Shown: positions 1 to 9,760, numbered from the stretch's first letter. The stretch is 64,000 nucleotides of DNA from Candidatus Sericytochromatia bacterium (GCA_040400605.1 JBBAPZ010000004.1:112821-176820), one strand, 5' to 3'. A program made the numbers and translations. The notes: generated by a model not told the origin, from the letters alone.

Positions 1-1
1 G

Positions 2-388
2 TTGGGGGCCACGCGGCGGGTGATTGCGGGAATTCGCGATCTCGGGGTCCCGGTCACTCTGTACATGAATGGGGCTGGTCACGTTCTGGATGATTTGGCT
101 GCATCGGGTGCTGATGTGATTGGTGTGGATTGGCGCGTTGATTTGGCGCAAGCTTTTGAGCGAGTGGGTGATAAAGTGGCCATCCAAGGTAATCTGGATC
201 CTTGTCGTCTATATGGGCCGGTGCACACCATTGAGGCGGAGGTGCGCCGTTTACACGCACAGGTCAACGGTCGTGTCGGTCACATATTTAATTTAGGTCA
301 CGGTATTTTACCTGACGTGCCGGTTGCGCATGCGCAAGCGTTTGTCAATGCAGTAAAGGCACTGAGCCATGAATCAGCCTTCGCGTGA
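2..388 (+). CDS. hemE: Uroporphyrinogen decarboxylase, C-terminal part (cut by window edge)
   Basis: Motifs GVDW, QGNLDP and HIFNLGHG; directly upstream of hemN. Confidence 0.93.
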   Translation: MGATRRVIAGIRDLGVPVTLYMNGAGHVLDDLAASGADVIGVDWRVDLAQAFERVGDKVAIQGNLDPCRLYGPVHTIEAEVRRLHAQVNGRVGHIFNLGHGILPDVPVAHAQAFVNAVKALSHESAFA

Positions 389-1769
389 TGCTTTTCGCAT
401 TCCGCGTGAATTGATTGCGCGTTACAATGTCGCGGGGCCTCGTTACACGAGTTATCCCACTGCGCCTGAGTGGCGCGATGGGCTTTCAGTGGCCCAAGCC
501 AGCCTTCTGATTGAGCAGAACCAACTGTCTCGTGCAGACGTTCCAATTTCCTTGTACGTTCATATTCCATTTTGCCATCGTTTGTGCTGGTTTTGTGGTT
601 GCAACATGTGGGTGACCAGCCGTGAAGAGTTGGTTGCACGTTATCTGGAGGCGGTTTGTGTCGAAATTGAGCGGTTGGCGGCGCGACTGAACCCTAAACG
701 TGAGGTCGTGCAGATTCACTGGGGAGGCGGTACGCCAACTTTTTTGAATTCCCGGCAGCTGGTCATGCTGTTTGAGGCGATCGCCCGTCATTTTCGCATT
801 CGTTCAGACGCGGAAATTTCGCTTGAGCTTCATCCAAGTGTCACCTCCCACGAACAATTGGACACTTTGGCGCAACTTGGTTTCAATCGTGTCAGCATGG
901 GCATACAAGATTTCGATGAACGCGTACAGGCAGCGATTAATCGTCCACAAGGCTTTGATTTGACCAAACGGTTGATTGAACGTTGTCGTGAATTGGGATT
1001 CATCAGCGTGAATACCGATTTGATGTATGGATTGCCGTATCAGAGTCACGAAGGGTTCGACACGACACTTGCACTGATTGAGCAACTACGCCCGGATCGC
1101 ATCGCATTGTTCAATTATGCCCATGTACCGTGGTTGAAGGCACACATGCGCATGATTAAAGAGGATACCCTCCCGTCGCCTGATGAGAAACTCGGTCTGT
1201 TTGAATTGGCGATTGATGCTTTGTTGAAGCAAGGGTACCGCTATATTGGGATGGATCACTTCGCCACCTCTGACAACGAATTGTCAGTGGCCCAAATCAA
1301 TGGGACTTTACGGCGAAATTTTATGGGATACACCACGTGTTCGGACAGTGATCTGTATGCTTTTGGTCCTTCGAGCATCAGTGATTTGGATCGTGCCTAT
1401 CTTCAGAATCATCGCAATGTCAATGATTATATTCGCCTGGTCAGTGAAGGTGACCTGGCTGTTGTGCGTGGACTTGAGCTTAATGAGGATGACCGCTTGC
1501 GTCGGGCGGTCATCAATGATCTGTTTTGTTTGTTAAGGGTTGACAAAGTGCGCATCGGTCAACAGTTTGGTATTGATTTTGATGGGTATTTTGCGGATGC
1601 TTTGGCGCGTCTTGTGCCATTGCGGGATGATGGTCTGGTGACAATGGATGAACGCCACGTTTCAGTGACCCCACAGGGGCAAATTTTGCTTCGTAATGTG
1701 GCGATGGCGTTTGATGCGTACTATCATCGCGGCGAGCGAGCGGGCAGTCGTTTTTCCAAGACGGTATAA
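369..1769 (+). CDS. hemN: Oxygen-independent coproporphyrinogen III oxidase (radical SAM)
   Basis: PRYTSYP, YVHIPFCxxxCxxC, GGGTP, RRNFMGY and terminal FSKTV. Confidence 0.96.
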   Translation: MNQPSRDAFRIPRELIARYNVAGPRYTSYPTAPEWRDGLSVAQASLLIEQNQLSRADVPISLYVHIPFCHRLCWFCGCNMWVTSREELVARYLEAVCVEIERLAARLNPKREVVQIHWGGGTPTFLNSRQLVMLFEAIARHFRIRSDAEISLELHPSVTSHEQLDTLAQLGFNRVSMGIQDFDERVQAAINRPQGFDLTKRLIERCRELGFISVNTDLMYGLPYQSHEGFDTTLALIEQLRPDRIALFNYAHVPWLKAHMRMIKEDTLPSPDEKLGLFELAIDALLKQGYRYIGMDHFATSDNELSVAQINGTLRRNFMGYTTCSDSDLYAFGPSSISDLDRAYLQNHRNVNDYIRLVSEGDLAVVRGLELNEDDRLRRAVINDLFCLLRVDKVRIGQQFGIDFDGYFADALARLVPLRDDGLVTMDERHVSVTPQGQILLRNVAMAFDAYYHRGERAGSRFSKTV

Positions 1770-1956
1770 TAGCCTTGCGAGCGTCGGCTGGTTGGATGCT
1801 GGCACTGGTGTCCCGGTTTGATCGAGGTCGTGGGTTGGAACAATGTGTTGAATCGTGGCGCCGGCGTGGTGATGCGATTTCGGACAGCCTTGAAGCAGCC
1901 GGTGCACGGAACGGTTGTGCAGTGATGTTGAATGCTCAAGTGAGGAGATTGAAACA

Positions 1957-2382
1957 ATGGCGTGGTTGCTCGCATTGCATGTGATTGCGATTATTGCGTG
2001 GATGGCTGGGATGTTGTATTTGTTTCGATTGTATGTTTATCACGCCATGGAGCAAGAGCAGGTGGTGATGGAGCGCCTGCAGGTTATGGAGCGACGTTTG
2101 CTTAATTTCATTACGACGCCTGCGATGATTGCATCTGCTCTGACAGGTGGCACTTTATTGGCGCTTCAACCTTATTTGTTGAGTCAACCCTGGATGCATC
2201 TGAAGTTGACTCTGGTGCTTGGCATGTTTGCTGCGCACGGTATCGCAGCCAAGTATCGGCGATTGCTGGTGACAAATCCTCGTGTCAAAACGGATCGGTT
2301 TTTTCGGGTGATGAACGAAGTTCCAACCGTTTTAATGATTGGGATTGTTATTGCGGTGATTGTAAAGCCATTTGCGCGTTGA
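1957..2382 (+). CDS. hemJ: Protoporphyrinogen oxidase HemJ
   Basis: ALHVIAIIAWMAG, RLYVYH, MERRL, W-x-H-x-K and RVMNEVP; GAGGAG RBS at 1942 supports ATG 1957. Confidence 0.92.
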   Translation: MAWLLALHVIAIIAWMAGMLYLFRLYVYHAMEQEQVVMERLQVMERRLLNFITTPAMIASALTGGTLLALQPYLLSQPWMHLKLTLVLGMFAAHGIAAKYRRLLVTNPRVKTDRFFRVMNEVPTVLMIGIVIAVIVKPFAR

Positions 2383-3142
2383 CCAGTGCGCAAACGAGGG
2401 CATTGATGTTAGGTTTTTCGGCTTCGGCACTCACACTGAGTCCCGCTTCTCGAATGGCGCGGCTTGTCTGAGGACCGATGCTGGCAAGATGGATGCGGTG
2501 AAGGCTTGTCGCGGCGTTTGGTAGTCGGGTAAAGCTTTGAATGGCTGAGCCACTCGTGATAGTGAGCCAGTCGACTTGTTGATTATCGATCAATTTAAGC
2601 AACCTGGGCGCTGCGCTTGGCTCGGCGAGGGTTTGATAGACGATGCACTCTTGGACGGTGGCACCCATTTGTTGTAGCGTCAGTCCAAGTTTTGAGTCTG
2701 CGAGTTGTCCGCGCAGGAGCAGGATTCTGGATTGGTGAAGGTTGGGGTCAATTGCGGCGATCGCCTCAGCGATCGCCGCGCCGTTGGCAATTCGAGGTAT
2801 CAGGTCCACGTGACATCCCGAGGCCTCCAGGCAGTGCGCGGTTTCAACGCCAACCGCCGCAATTTTGGCAGCAAATGACCACGATTTTTTTAGGCTCATC
2901 AAACGCTGGGAAACGTGGCGCACGCCGTTTTGACTCGTGAAAACGACCCAGTCATAATGGCTATGCGCTTGAATGGCAAGATCAAACGAAGTCCACGAAA
3001 CAGGTTGAACAATTCGCATCGCTGGGATGCACCGTGTGGTTGCTCCCAATCGTCGCAAACGGATAACGAGTTCCCGTGATTGATGCCTAGGACGTGCTAC
3101 AACGATGCGTACGCCCGATAACGCTGCATCACCAACTGCCAC
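2348..3142 (-). CDS. hemD: Uroporphyrinogen-III synthase
   Basis: YDWVVFTSQNGV, AAVGxxT, VYQT, TSGS and SIGPQT; start uncertain (GTG 3142 chosen, ORF open to 3214). Confidence 0.9.
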   Translation of the reverse strand: MAVGDAALSGVRIVVARPRHQSRELVIRLRRLGATTRCIPAMRIVQPVSWTSFDLAIQAHSHYDWVVFTSQNGVRHVSQRLMSLKKSWSFAAKIAAVGVETAHCLEASGCHVDLIPRIANGAAIAEAIAAIDPNLHQSRILLLRGQLADSKLGLTLQQMGATVQECIVYQTLAEPSAAPRLLKLIDNQQVDWLTITSGSAIQSFTRLPNAATSLHRIHLASIGPQTSRAIREAGLSVSAEAEKPNINALVCALVNAQMALQSPQ

Positions 3143-6100
3143 TTGAGAAACCGATGCCACGCAGGCGACCCGTGGATGATGGTTTTTTTTCGGTTCTTGG
3201 AAGGCTAAACTCAATATGATTGCCTTCCAGTACGCGTGCCCGTTCCAGTGGCGCGCACCAGGCAGTTGCGATAGCCGGTTCGAGACCGTTCAGCATTGCC
3301 CGTGACTGATTTTGTGCCTCCAGAACAAGTTTGGCGGCACGTTCATCGTAGGGTTTTGATGCCGCAAGCCCGAAAAGTGCTTGCGTTACGAATGCTGGTA
3401 TGGACATCCGTTTTGCCAGGGACAACATTTGATCGAACGTTTCGTAGGCGTTTTTACGTCCTAATTTCAGCTCGATTTCTCCTTTTAGACCATATAGCTC
3501 AGCCAAGGTGCGATCCGCGCCCCCTTGTTGCGCGAGGTCGAGTGCCACGCCCAAATCATCCCAAGCGGCATCAAGGTGACCTAGTCGCACCTGCGACCAA
3601 AGGCCGGCAGCAAGCGCTTTCAGTCGGATATGCCCAGCGCCTTGGTCTTCCAAGGCCCTGTTGAGCGATAGTCGCGCTTCGTCAAACTCACCTATTCGTG
3701 CGGCGGCGACAGCCAACAAGACGCGAACGTGACTCTCGGGCTCAATGTTGCCGGTTTCTTTCAAGTGCATCAGTAAGGAGAGACCCAAACGATGCGCCTC
3801 TTCATACTGTCCCACCACGTTCAGATAATCCATGCGAAACTCCATGAGCAAGGCCAATATAAATTGATCCGCACACGTCGTTTGGACGGTTTTGGCGATC
3901 TTTGACGCCGCCTCTGCCTCGGGTAAAAGACCAAGCCACGCCATTCCAAGTGCAGCAAACGACGCAGCCAAACCCTGTAACAACTCGATACCTGAACGGG
4001 CCGCCATGCCTTGCGCCTGGTTTGCAAGTGCCAGGCTGTCCTTGATTCTGCCCAGTTCTAACAACGCAAGGGACTGATTCAACATCGAAGTCAGGCTCTC
4101 CTCACCTTGATGCAACTGTTCGCTCAGGAATAGGCTCTGTTCAAAAGATGCCAACGCTTCCGGGTAAGCGCCACTCCGATAACAGGCGAAACCAAGAAAG
4201 TTTTGCGTCGTCATCAATGCCTGGTGATGCCCAAGTTTTTTTAACAACTGGACGGCCTCCGTCATCTCGGCTATCCCTTTATCAATGTTTCGGGGAATGG
4301 TGGTGACGCACAGATGCCCTGATAAGGTTAAACTCTCGGCCAGCATGGCTTGATCATCCAAGGTTCGCGCGATATCCAAGGCTTCTTCGACATCTTTTTG
4401 GGCTTGTCGCATCCGTCCCTGAGATTGCTTGACTGAACATCGCATCAGGAGGCATCGGGCAAAAAGAGCCCGTTGCGTTGATGCGTCAATCAGATTCAAC
4501 ATCGCTTCGCATTGTCTTTCGGCTTCTTCAAAAAGCCCGAGCTCCATGCAGACTTCCGCGAGCGTCGCCCGACTGTGTAAAATTGCATCCCTGTTTTTGC
4601 TGCTCAGCGCTGCCGTCAATGCCTCTTTGAAAGAGCCCAGCGCTTGCAAGATGTCCCCTTTCAATTTTTGGATTCGCGCTGTTTCACCGAGGCATTCAGC
4701 TTTGCGTTCAAATTGCTTGGGATGTTGGGGCGCATGGAGCAGGATGCGTACCGCATCCAGGTAGTGCATGGCGACATCCAAAGCAAACACAACGACGCTC
4801 TGCTTGGCCGCGGCGAGACCGTAATCGATGATCTGTTCCGGCAGACAAGCCAAAATATAGTGGTCAGCAATCGCACAGGTCATGTCAAAATGGCTGGCTG
4901 TATTCCCGGCGGCACGCAGTCGTTGAACCAGCAGATCCGCCACTACCCCATGGGTTCGTTGTCGTTCCGTGATACTGAAACTCCCATACAGAACCTGACG
5001 GAACAAATCCTGCGCAAATTCGTAGTGACCCTGTGCTGACAGAATGAGCACCCGTTGAGCCTGCAATTGACCAAGGGCATCAAACAGCCGATTCTCGTCG
5101 AGGGTTGTCAGCTTTTGCAACAACTCCAAATCCAGTGAGCCACCCATGACCGAGGCCAGTCGAGCCAGAACGATGGCATCCTGGTTCAACCCCACCAGTT
5201 TTTTCGCAATCAGGCCATTCACATCCCGTGGCATTTCGGTTGCGAAAGCACAGTTTTCAGTGTTCCATTTCCCATTGACCCGGACCAATAAGCCTTCTTG
5301 AACCAGATGTTCAAGCAACCGTTCAATGTAAAACGGTAAACCATCCGATAGCGACAACATTTGCGCGATGAAGCGTTCATCCACGGACACTTCACCAAGC
5401 GCAAACCGGATCAGCTTCGTACACTCCGCTTCGGTCAACTGGTGCAAAGGCAGATGCAAATGCGGAACATTCGGTCTTGGGTCAGAGTCACGGGTCAGTC
5501 GTGCCGTCGTGATCCACAAAATTGGCAACGATTCACAAGCAGCGAAAATGCTTTCAAAAACATCGCGCGAAATCGGGTCCATCAGGTGCCAGTCTTCGCA
5601 AGCAACAATAAACGGCTGGCGCTGCGCCAAAAGCGACAACAAAGCGTGGACCGCTTCAATCAGTTTCCCTTTATCCTGGCCCGGCGGCATTGTTACACCA
5701 TCGCCTAAACCGAGTTCAGGCACCCAGGTCGCAAGATGAGCGATACGCCCCCGGAGGAACCCATCGCTCAGGTCGTGGATCAAGGGAACCACATTCTGAA
5801 TCAGCTCACGAAGTGGCGCGAAAGGGGCGGCGTTGGCCTCGCGACACTGACACGCGACAAAGGGGATGTTCTCCAGTTGCATGGCAGTCCGGAACTCGTT
5901 AACGAGCCGGGATTTGCCCATGCCGACCGGAGCAATGATATGAAAATGGACGCCAGTTTCACCGCACATCACATTGCCCAGACCGTCAAAGAGCCGCATC
6001 AGTTCCAGTTCGCGTCCCACCATCGGTGAGGCGAGCAACGTCCCGCCATAACCACTGGGGCGCTCCATGCCCAGCGCATCCATTACTTCCATTGCGTTCT

Positions 6101-6884
6101 GAAAACGCTCGTGAGGCTCTTTTGCAAGTAAGCGAAGAACCACGCTCTCCAATTCAAAGCTCAGATTGGGGCACGACAATGAGGGCTTGGGTGGTGACTC
6201 CGAAACGTGGGCTTTGATCAACTCACCCGGCGACGAACGTGTGAATGGCAAAGCGCCTGTGAGCATTTCATACACAAGGCAACCCAAGGCATAGAGGTCT
6301 GCTCGTTGGTCGATCACCCCTCGTTTGGCAACCTCCGGCGCAATGTACCCGAAGGTCCCCGCAATCGGCACGTCAGATCGGCCTGCAAAATCCATCAAGC
6401 CGAAATCCATCAGCTTGACTGTTCCAGCCACCGGACCGCGCTCGTCAGGCACAACCTTGACATTCGCGCTCTTGATGTCCCGATGTACCAGCTTCATTTG
6501 ATGCAAATATGCCAATGCGAGCAATAACTGCCCCAAAATGTGACGGACACCCGCTTCTGGGATGACACCCAACTCATCGATACGAGACCCCGGAATCAAT
6601 TCCATCGTATAAAACGGCGATCCATCGGCCAACTGCCCATAATCGAAAACCTGACAGCAGTGAGGATGATGGATTTGACACATCAACCGGAATTCCTGCC
6701 TGAATTTTATAATCGAGGCATCATCGACGCCAAATGTCAGGGAGATCTGTTTGAGGGCTAAAATCCTCCCGTTGGTGGTGTCTTCCACTTGCCAGACGAC
6801 GCCCATCGCGCCTTCACCCAGTTGCTGAAGCACACGATAGCGGTTGGCTAATAAACCGGTTTTGTTTGAAGGCTGCAATGTCAT
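3129..6884 (-). CDS. Ser/Thr protein kinase + P-loop NTPase (AAA_16/STAND-like) + TPR-like helical repeats
   Basis: GEGAMG, ALK, HRDIKSAN, DFG and APE; Walker A APVGMGKS; Walker B IVACED; long Ala/Leu-rich helical C-terminus. Confidence 0.9.
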   Translation of the reverse strand: MTLQPSNKTGLLANRYRVLQQLGEGAMGVVWQVEDTTNGRILALKQISLTFGVDDASIIKFRQEFRLMCQIHHPHCCQVFDYGQLADGSPFYTMELIPGSRIDELGVIPEAGVRHILGQLLLALAYLHQMKLVHRDIKSANVKVVPDERGPVAGTVKLMDFGLMDFAGRSDVPIAGTFGYIAPEVAKRGVIDQRADLYALGCLVYEMLTGALPFTRSSPGELIKAHVSESPPKPSLSCPNLSFELESVVLRLLAKEPHERFQNAMEVMDALGMERPSGYGGTLLASPMVGRELELMRLFDGLGNVMCGETGVHFHIIAPVGMGKSRLVNEFRTAMQLENIPFVACQCREANAAPFAPLRELIQNVVPLIHDLSDGFLRGRIAHLATWVPELGLGDGVTMPPGQDKGKLIEAVHALLSLLAQRQPFIVACEDWHLMDPISRDVFESIFAACESLPILWITTARLTRDSDPRPNVPHLHLPLHQLTEAECTKLIRFALGEVSVDERFIAQMLSLSDGLPFYIERLLEHLVQEGLLVRVNGKWNTENCAFATEMPRDVNGLIAKKLVGLNQDAIVLARLASVMGGSLDLELLQKLTTLDENRLFDALGQLQAQRVLILSAQGHYEFAQDLFRQVLYGSFSITERQRTHGVVADLLVQRLRAAGNTASHFDMTCAIADHYILACLPEQIIDYGLAAAKQSVVVFALDVAMHYLDAVRILLHAPQHPKQFERKAECLGETARIQKLKGDILQALGSFKEALTAALSSKNRDAILHSRATLAEVCMELGLFEEAERQCEAMLNLIDASTQRALFARCLLMRCSVKQSQGRMRQAQKDVEEALDIARTLDDQAMLAESLTLSGHLCVTTIPRNIDKGIAEMTEAVQLLKKLGHHQALMTTQNFLGFACYRSGAYPEALASFEQSLFLSEQLHQGEESLTSMLNQSLALLELGRIKDSLALANQAQGMAARSGIELLQGLAASFAALGMAWLGLLPEAEAASKIAKTVQTTCADQFILALLMEFRMDYLNVVGQYEEAHRLGLSLLMHLKETGNIEPESHVRVLLAVAAARIGEFDEARLSLNRALEDQGAGHIRLKALAAGLWSQVRLGHLDAAWDDLGVALDLAQQGGADRTLAELYGLKGEIELKLGRKNAYETFDQMLSLAKRMSIPAFVTQALFGLAASKPYDERAAKLVLEAQNQSRAMLNGLEPAIATAWCAPLERARVLEGNHIEFSLPRTEKKPSSTGRLRGIGFSSGSW

Positions 6885-6915
6885 TAAAAGCCTTATACCC
6901 ATCCCGATGACGAAC

Positions 6916-6958
6916 CGTATGGGGGGGATTTTACGAACGTAAAATCCCCCCCCATACG
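6916..6958. other. Near-perfect 20-bp inverted repeat with 2-nt spacer
   Basis: CGTATG7ATTTTACG-AA-CGTAAAATC8ATACG. Confidence 0.85.
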
Positions 6959-6980
6959 AACCAGGAGAATCACGAGACAC

Positions 6981-7526
6981 TCAGGAGCGTGTACCGAAAA
7001 TACGATGGGTCGCCAAAACCACCGCCGCCAAACGTGCCAGGTCATGAAGCTTCTCAGTACCCAAACCGGCTTCGCGCAGTACACGTTCATGATTAGTGAT
7101 ACACATCTGACACCCATTCAATACCGATACGCTGAAGGCAACCATTTCAAACTGAACCTTGCCCAACTGAGGTTTGCCAAGTGCCGTCATGCGCAAGCCT
7201 GCAGCACCATAGTCGTCATTGTCGACCTTTTGCCGAAACGAGTAATAAGTATTGAGCATTGCCATCAGCGCAGCGGATTCACGCGCCTCAACAATTTCAC
7301 TATCTGAATAGCCCGCCTGCCCCATCCATGCGCAACCCAATTCAAGCAAGCGCTCACAGTTGAGGGACTGCGCCAATGATACAAGTACCGGTGCCGCTTC
7401 TCGAGCACTGAGGTTGCCTTCCGACAACAACCGCCGCAGGTTCATTTTCGTATCACGCCCCACGGTGCTCGCAAAAGGAGCGAAAAGCGCGTCGAGCGAT
7501 TCAGCGATTCCGATTGTCGCTTCCAT
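6981..7526 (-). CDS. ahpD: Alkyl hydroperoxide reductase AhpD
   Basis: MAMLNTYY and FE...NGCQMCITNH (CxxC plus His); downstream of ahpC. Confidence 0.88.
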   Translation of the reverse strand: MEATIGIAESLDALFAPFASTVGRDTKMNLRRLLSEGNLSAREAAPVLVSLAQSLNCERLLELGCAWMGQAGYSDSEIVEARESAALMAMLNTYYSFRQKVDNDDYGAAGLRMTALGKPQLGKVQFEMVAFSVSVLNGCQMCITNHERVLREAGLGTEKLHDLARLAAVVLATHRIFGTRS

Positions 7527-7556
7527 ATCATTCCTCCCATATCGACGAAAAGGAAG

Positions 7557-7586
7557 GCCGAAGGCGATCCGGCGATCGCCTTCGGC
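7557..7586 (-). terminator. 13-bp stem-loop between ahpC and ahpD
   Basis: GCCGAAGGCGATC-N4-GATCGCCTTCGGC, followed on the minus strand by CTTCCTTTT. Confidence 0.6.
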
Positions 7587-7593
7587 TTCGGCT

Positions 7594-8139
7594 TTAAACA
7601 GTCAGAACAGCATCACCCTTTTGCCAGTTGCAAGGACACAACTCGTCGGTCTGCAAAGCATCCAACACCCGCACGACTTCCTTGACATTCCGTCCAACCT
7701 TCAGATCATTCACAGACACCCAACGGATGATGCCATCCGGATCCACAATGTAGGTGGCGCGCAAAGGTGCCTTTTCCACCTCGTGCAGGATCCCCAACGC
7801 CTCCGATAGTTCCTTGCGATTGTCAGCCAACATCGGGTAACGCAAATCACGCAAGTCCGAATGGTCCTTCCGCCACGCCAAATGCACAAAATGGCTGTCC
7901 GTGCTCACACCATACAACCCGGCATCCCGCTCCTCAAACTGTGGCAACGCCGCATTGAACTCTGCGATTTCGGTGGGACATACAAAGGTGAAGTCAAACG
8001 GCCAGAAAAACAGCACATTCCACTTGCCCGCCAATTTGCCTGAATCAATTGCCGCAAACTCTTTTCCTTTTTCAATCGACACACAAGCCTGTAAATTGAA
8101 CTCCGGAAACTTTTCGCCGACACCAAGCATTCTAGCCAT
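7594..8139 (-). CDS. ahpC: Peroxiredoxin AhpC (C-terminal LCPCNW type)
   Basis: FTFVCPTE and TDELCPCNW; AAAGGAG RBS upstream. Confidence 0.94.
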   Translation of the reverse strand: MARMLGVGEKFPEFNLQACVSIEKGKEFAAIDSGKLAGKWNVLFFWPFDFTFVCPTEIAEFNAALPQFEERDAGLYGVSTDSHFVHLAWRKDHSDLRDLRYPMLADNRKELSEALGILHEVEKAPLRATYIVDPDGIIRWVSVNDLKVGRNVKEVVRVLDALQTDELCPCNWQKGDAVLTV

Positions 8140-8207
8140 AATTGCCACGACTCCTTTCAAACGCCATACCAGGTCCTCTTAAACACGCTCATGTCAAGAT
8201 GCCCAGA

Positions 8208-8226
8208 ATTTAGACTGATTCTAAAT
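8208..8226. promoter_or_regulatory. Putative PerR/Fur-type operator upstream of ahpC
   Basis: ATTTAGA-N5-TCTAAAT; minus strand TTAGAATCAGTCTAA matches the Per-box pattern TTANAATNATTNTAA with 1 mismatch. Confidence 0.6.
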
Positions 8227-8281
8227 CTATACTATTTTAAAATCAAGTCGACTGTTTGAAAATTTTGCGTTGGGGGTTGTG

Positions 8282-9643
8282 TTATTGGATGTGGCGGTGC
8301 CAGTCCTCTTCGGGGAACGGTTGAGGTTTTGACGTATTGATTGGCAAGGTGAAAAAGAAGTTGCTTCCAACCCCGGGTAGGCTTTCGACACCGATTTCGC
8401 CGCCGTGTGCATCGACCAGGGCCTTGGCGATTGAGAGGCCCAAACCTGCGCCGCCTTTTTCACGTGTCGTGCTGGGGTCCACCTGATAAAATTTGTCAAA
8501 CAGGCGATCCAGATGACTTTGTGGAATGCCGATGCCGTTGTCACAAATTGAAACACGGACGTTATCGCCTTCACACTCATGCACGATATTGACCTGTCCT
8601 CCTTCCTGGGTAAATTTGATGGCATTACCCAACAAGTTTGTCACCACTTGATTGATACGTTGAGGGTCGACGTAAACCGGGCAGTGTTCATTCGGGAGGA
8701 AAAGACCCAGTTCGATGCGTTTGGCGGTTGCCAGCGGTCGCAAACTGCTAACCACTTCGGCGATTGTATCGCTTATATCCACTTCGCGCGGCATCAACCG
8801 GAATGTCCCGGCTTCTAGACGCGCATAGTCCAGCAGATCATCCACCAGGCGTACCAAACGCCGCGCCCCGGCCTGAATCTCACCAACAAACGCATGTTGT
8901 TGTGAATTCAAGGCGCCTGCCAGCTCGTCTTCCAAAAACTCGGAATAACCCAGTACCGAGCTCAGTGGTGTTCGAAGCTCGTGAGAGACCAAATTCAAAA
9001 AGCTGCCCTTGATGCGATCCAACGCCTGCAATTGGCGATTCGCCTCTTCCAGCTCAAGCCAGCGCCTCGTCAACTCCGTTTCGCTTAACTTGTGAGCGGT
9101 CACATCACTGATGATTGCCATGTAGTGGGTAACCGTCTGGTCATCATCCCGCAATGGCGACAACCGGGCTTCTTGCCAATAAGTACGAGCCCCCTGCAAC
9201 TCAACTTTAAATTCCGCGTTAACCGAGCGCTGTTCCGACAATGCACATTGCAGTTGGTAGAGCTGCGATTCATCCAGCAGCTTTCTGAAAATTTCAGCGA
9301 AAGGCGCACCCACGACAACGTCTACGTCAAATCCGGTTGTCACGGAAAAAGCCATGTTTGCATAAACGATGGGCTGTCCGTCACTCCGATAGTCGACAAT
9401 GACGATACCGTCGCTGCAAGCATCCATGGCACGCGTCGCCAGATCGAGCCCCACGCTGAGGTCTGTGATCAACCCATCCAACGAAGCCGCACCCCACGCA
9501 GAATTCCCATTCTTGCGTGCATCACGGTGACTTCCGCCAGACACCACACGCCCGTCGCGCGATCGCTTGTCTGACGCCCGCGCCAGCGGCTCTTCAGGCC
9601 CCTGTTTGGTTTCATCCGATGACCCGATCACGATTCGCCCCAC
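8282..9643 (-). CDS. PAS-domain sensor histidine kinase (cytoplasmic)
   Basis: PAS/PAC region, VSHELRTPL, NLLGNAIKF, DNGIGI and GAGLGL; no transmembrane segment; start uncertain. Confidence 0.92.
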   Translation of the reverse strand: MGRIVIGSSDETKQGPEEPLARASDKRSRDGRVVSGGSHRDARKNGNSAWGAASLDGLITDLSVGLDLATRAMDACSDGIVIVDYRSDGQPIVYANMAFSVTTGFDVDVVVGAPFAEIFRKLLDESQLYQLQCALSEQRSVNAEFKVELQGARTYWQEARLSPLRDDDQTVTHYMAIISDVTAHKLSETELTRRWLELEEANRQLQALDRIKGSFLNLVSHELRTPLSSVLGYSEFLEDELAGALNSQQHAFVGEIQAGARRLVRLVDDLLDYARLEAGTFRLMPREVDISDTIAEVVSSLRPLATAKRIELGLFLPNEHCPVYVDPQRINQVVTNLLGNAIKFTQEGGQVNIVHECEGDNVRVSICDNGIGIPQSHLDRLFDKFYQVDPSTTREKGGAGLGLSIAKALVDAHGGEIGVESLPGVGSNFFFTLPINTSKPQPFPEEDWHRHIQ

Positions 9644-9739
9644 TATCTATCGTTTCGACAACGCTGAACCATTCAGAATTCGCACCATCACGGTCACACA
9701 CAACAAAAGAGCCTGGAATAAACAAAAATCGACGGTTTG

Positions 9740-9760
9740 ATTGTAACATAAGTTTACAAT
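9740..9760. promoter_or_regulatory. Palindrome in the divergent kinase/helicase promoter region
   Basis: ATTGTAA-N7-TTACAAT. Confidence 0.4.

Noticed and set aside
9740..9760. NtcA site
   Set aside because: The spacing is GTA-N9-TAC, not N8.
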